The notes below the pieces were generated by a model. The model did not search any database. It saw only the letters and a list, made by a program, of their open reading frames with translations, and was not told the origin of the DNA. From assembly GCA_032718475.1 (NCBI GenBank), contig JAUCBJ010008796.1, positions 33,253 to 97,252 on the forward strand: a stretch of 64,000 bases of DNA. The letters run 5' to 3'. Position 1 is the stretch's first letter. Every line of letters begins with the position of its first letter. Source of the DNA: Nemertoderma westbladi (Eukaryota > Animalia > Xenacoelomorpha). Position numbers and translations under genes: made by a program. Positions 59,480 through 64,000 of this stretch are shown one piece after another.

Positions 59480-59990
59480 CAATACATCAGAATTTTCTTG
59501 AGCAGATCTATCTATGATCTATTCTCAAAATCTTCTAGTTTAATTCTATAAACCTCTCCCTGATGCCTTTTATTAAATATAATAATATAACTTAATACAA
59601 CTTCGTTTAATTCGCCCCATGCTGAGTTATAATTGACATTGTTTGAGTTGCTCAGTTGTATTGATAGTACCTGAATATTGGTAATTAAATACTGACTGAA
59701 TTTTACAGTATCTTTGGTTGTTGGTAAAAGATTGAGGTTTCCTCCGCCATCTCTCATGTAGTGGTCTAAGGGCATGAGAACTTACTAGCTCTGTCCAGTT
59801 GCAAAGAGTTGCTTAAATTGTTTTGCCCATACTTGTTCTTCCGAGTTATTGCTCTAAACCATGGACATTGAGTAATAAAGACAGTTTATTTATAGTATGT
59901 CCTAGTTTAAATTCTAAAGATGGTTTCTCATACATATGTCTGTCCTCATCAAAACCAGCAACCTTATAGTTAGTTTATTATTGACCAATA
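59480..59990 (-). pseudogene. Tyrosine-recombinase-like (Crypton-type) transposon protein fragment
   Basis: VAGFDE..YEKPSLEFKLGHT and LPTTKD..WGELNEVVLSYIIIFNKRHQGEV resemble the FNxRRxGE motif of this family; family call from recall. Confidence 0.55.
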
Positions 59991-60249
59991 AATCGGTCCA
60001 AGTGGGACGGAATACATATATATATCTGAATACACTCAAGCACTTATTATAATAACCAGTAAAATACGCGGCCGCGGTACTCTCAAATCCTAAATTAAAA
60101 GTTACTTAGTATACATAAACCAGCATAGCAATGGCCATATTCAAATAATTTAATATATGCTGATCCGTATATATAACGTTACGTACAAATAACTTACTAA
60201 TAAATATTAAATAAATATAAATACATAATAGAGTTAAACCAATTTAATT

Positions 60250-61715
60250 AATAATTCTAAATCTCTAAAAGTTCGTCTATATATTGCATCGTGGTACACA
60301 GGGGGTCACTGGATAGAACAGAGCATGGGGATGAATAATCTAATTGGTATTTATTCCTTAGGCCTACTGCCTCTACAAATGAACATGTACAAATAACATG
60401 TGATTCGGATTGGGGCGAACCACACTTGCAAAAACGTCGATCATATGGGACTCGGTTCCATCTCCCTATCTCTACGCTGAGATTGGTCGATAGAAGCCGG
60501 AACCTGGTCCACGCCTTGCGGTGCGACTCCCGGATATCCTGTTGCAGGCGAATATAAAGTATCTAATGACGGATTAAACGATCTGTATGTCATAGGCCTC
60601 GTTGAATCGCTGATTAGAACTCTGTTGCGTATCTCGGACAGTTTCGTTTGGGCAGGGTCATCCTGACTGTTTAAAAGCCCAGAAATGACCCTACCCATAG
60701 GGGTCCCAGCCTCGCGGCAGAGCTCAATCGCGAATATAGCGGGTCTATGCAGGTCTCTCCTTGCCATAAGTTTAAGCAATAGGTTTCGCTGGCTAGAACG
60801 AAACATTGCCGTTGGGTCGGGTTGCCCCGATTCTATGTCCAATATGTCTCTGCAAATGTTATTACGTACACCTAACGCAGCGCACAATAGGTTATTGTAA
60901 TGTACTGTAATTGTCGAAGCTGAATTACCAATCCAAGTCTCGCAACCGTAGCAGATTGCGGCCACAGCTGCGGCTTGGAATACTTTCAGTTTTACGAAAA
61001 TTGGTGCTTCTGAATGCTTTGATAGAAAAGCAAAATACTTATTAACATGCTTAATTTTATCCTTTGTGTGTACAGCAATTACGGTGTTCATTGAACCGTC
61101 CTGCGTTATCGGTGACCCTAGATAAATATATGAATCACAATTCTCGATTGTAAGACCCCCATACATATTATTGGTTACAAGTATATCATGTTTCTCGCCC
61201 GGAGTTATTTTAACAATTATCATAAATTTGTTTTTTTTACGGTTTATGATCATTCCAGACCGGGCACAAAAATTTAATAATACACCAAGTTTCTCAACAC
61301 AACGGACGCGGTTGGTTGCTAAAATTACTGAGTCGTCCATGAGGATTAGAGAGTGCAGCCAATTTAAAAAACCATCGGGTAAACAACACCGTAGCATACG
61401 GATTAACGGGTTTATAAAAAAAAAGTGAACAAAAAGCAGCTACTTGATGAACCTTGCAGAACACCTATGTTAGTTAGTATTTTAACAGATCCTAGAATAC
61501 TCTTTGTACCAGTATATAAACATATCAGTGCTGTAAGCATTCTCGCTCCACATCCCGTTGATTTCAATAAATTGAAAAGGGATGATCGGGGGACTTTGTC
61601 ATAAGCGGTTGAAAAATCTATAAAAACAATATACAACTTTAATTTCTTGAAAATTACGTAGTCTATAAGTAACCGTATAGTTAAAATGTGTTCCGCACAA
61701 CTACGATATTTCTGA
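60250..61715 (-). mobile_element. Degenerate non-LTR retrotransposon RT and 3' region
   Basis: FIDFSTAYDKV, GVLQGSSSS, LMDDSVI, YIYLGS and YGCETW motifs; frameshifted. Confidence 0.85.
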
Positions 61716-62584
61716 GGTTAACCACAGCAGCTACAATCAGGTTGAGCGATTCAGGGTGAATAAATTGTGATATCTGAGCACTTTGTTGAAATCCAATGTG
61801 ACCTCATGCAAAGCCATCTCAACGAACAAGCTCTCTAAGTGTTTCTCTAATATAGGAATAATTTTCAGTGTTATGGCCTAGTTTATTAATTTGCCGTTTA
61901 GCAAGATTATTATTAATCCCTTTTGAATTAAAACTTATCTATATTGTGAGTCTTTCTCATCAAAAATTTATTGAAATTAAATCGAACGGGCTGGCCGTTT
62001 ATATACTTATGGCGTACTATCTTTGTTGGAACCTGATTTTATCCTCCCTCAACTTGTAGCAGTAGTGAAGTTTTCTTCGATCAGACAATAATTTTGTGTC
62101 TTTTACTCTAATGACTATAATTTAACAGTAGGCCTATATAAATGATTTTCGTACGGTACGGTACTCTACAGTACTCTTTTCTGTTATTTCTATTGATACC
62201 ATGCTTTGTTGGATAAACCCCATTGGTATGTTTTTTTTTGCTTTTTGCTACATCCGCTGTCTTTAATTTAGGTATATACTGTGCAGATTTTTTCGCACTT
62301 CCCCGATCCCATTTTTTACCTTCCCTCCTGCCCCCTTCCCGCATGAATATCCCGCCTCCTCCTTCAAGGAAAACGTATTTTTTAAGTAATGAGGATAATT
62401 TCAGCTGCTGTATTTACGAATCCAGCTATCATTTGCCTTGTGGCACGTTTTTAAATAAAAAATAAGTAAATAGTCAAGGTGATATCTATTGTATTTACTG
62501 TGTTAATGATATATTTCCCTTCTTCAGTGTCGACTTTAATGACAGTGACATTTTTACCGATATAATTATCCAAAAAATGAAACG

Positions 62585-63535
62585 ATGATTTTCAATGATC
62601 AAAATGCTATTTTTTCTCAAATAGATCCTGATAAAAATATTGTTATTATATCAGACATTGGGGACTATCATTCAACTGAAAAGTTTAATTCAGAATTCGC
62701 TAATCCAGAGTATAAAGATTCATTTTCCGTATTAAATATTAACTCGCGAAGTTTAAATCAAAATTTTGTAGACACAGTATCTTACCTAGAAACACTTAGT
62801 AAGAAATTCGATATTATTGGTATCACAGAAACGTTTTTAACTGATAAATCTAATCTCGGGCTGTTCCGTATCGAAGGCTATCAACCACTAATAGTAGACA
62901 ACAGACGATATGGGAAACGTTTATCTCATGGTGGGGTCGCTCTATATGTACGAAACGGTTTAGAGTAAAAGCTACGTGAGGATCTCCAGACAAGTAACTG
63001 GAAATATTTGGATCCAATTAAAATTGAGCTCAAGTGAGAAACCCCTAGTAGTTGGTTGTATATATCGGCCTGAAAAAATACAATGTGAATTAATTGTTCC
63101 TAGAAAATCTCGAATCTCAGCTAGAGAAAATTGCGAGAACAAATTTTAATAGTGTTTTATTTGGTGATTTTAATATTGATGTGCTGATACATAATTCTGA
63201 GACACATAATTATTTAAATATATTACATTCACTTGGTTTTTCACAAGTAATTAAAGCAGGCTACGAGATTATCTGAATTTCGTAAATCGGCAATTAATAA
63301 TCATATAGTTACTAATTTATACGATACCTTTGTTAAGCCAGGTGTTTTCCTCACAGAACTATGAATTCACAAAACCACAGAATTCTATATTGCACCGATA
63401 CTCAAAGCAGTCGTTTCCGAAAAAGTTAATTACCTCGATCAATAATATTGATCAAACGGTCACTGAACCGAAAACTTATAGCTGCCAAGTTATTAGTTTT
63501 TTTACGTCTATAGGTCCACAGCTCTCGAAACAACT
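62585..63535 (+). mobile_element. CR1/L2-like LINE endonuclease fragment
   Basis: IDPDKN, NINSRSL, IIGITETF, GGVALYV and GDFNID motifs; stops and frameshifts present. Confidence 0.85.
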
Positions 63536-63544
63536 ACCTGGTTT

Positions 63545-63915
63545 AAGGACTATTCCGACCCGGACAACTCCGAAACGGACAATTGCGTGAGTTGGTTGGT
63601 TGGTTGGGTGAATTCTTAGCACGCAGGTATTCTTAGCCCACGAGTATTCTTAGCCCACGAGTATTCTTAGCCCGCGAGTTAGTAAAGGAGCAGGTTTCAG
63701 AGGCGTATTGAGGGAACCAAAACAATAAAAGTTATTGTTTTGCTGGCTAAGAATACCCACGGGCTAAGAATTCTCGTGGGCTAAGAATACTCGCGGGCTA
63801 AGAATTCCTGAGACCATTGCGACCCAGACAATTCCGACCCATTCAAAGATATAATTAAATTTTCATTGGTCGGAATTGTCCTGTTGGAATTGTCTGGGTC
63901 GGAATTGTCAGGATC
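63545..63915. mobile_element. Nested small MITEs with short inverted repeat arrays
   Basis: A tattcttagccc/gggctaagaat array element (~63610-63810) sits inside an acaattccgacc/ggtcggaattgt array element. Confidence 0.7.
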
Positions 63916-64000
63916 CAAATAAATAAAAACAATTAATAGAATTTATCGGTAATCAATAACAAAAATATGTGTCTAGATAATATAATAATATTTTTCTTAA

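Overview
AT-rich, intron-containing, transposon-dense DNA, most consistent with an invertebrate animal genome; no prokaryotic operons or CRISPR arrays are present. Positions 1-18858 are one very large Bel/Pao LTR retrotransposon: the last 30 bp of the 5' LTR, a 2.2-kb leader, gag-PR-RT-RNaseH-IN, a 1260-bp insertion in the integrase tail, a spacer, an extra 1417-aa ORF, and a 1211-bp 3' LTR. The extra ORF sits where env would be but encodes a DEDDy-type (WRN/EXD/Mut-7-like) 3'-5' exonuclease domain plus three CCHC-type zinc knuckles. A second, diverged and degenerate Bel/Pao element (about 26.7-31.6 kb) carries a recognisable homologue of the same ORF, suggesting a lineage-level accessory gene. 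The large element has no tRNA primer-binding site; the 13 nt after its 5' LTR are the exact reverse complement of an LTR-internal sequence, which suggests Tf1-like self-priming. The rest of the window holds six phase-compatible exons of a host Ig-domain gene, with introns and flanks filled by LINE fragments (CR1/L2-like, RTE-like), an intact CRE-like element with an N-terminal Ulp1-like protease, tRNA-derived SINEs (one next to a hammerhead core), MITEs, Helitron, Sola-like and tyrosine-recombinase relics, and minisatellites. All domain calls come from motif recognition by eye; no searches were run.
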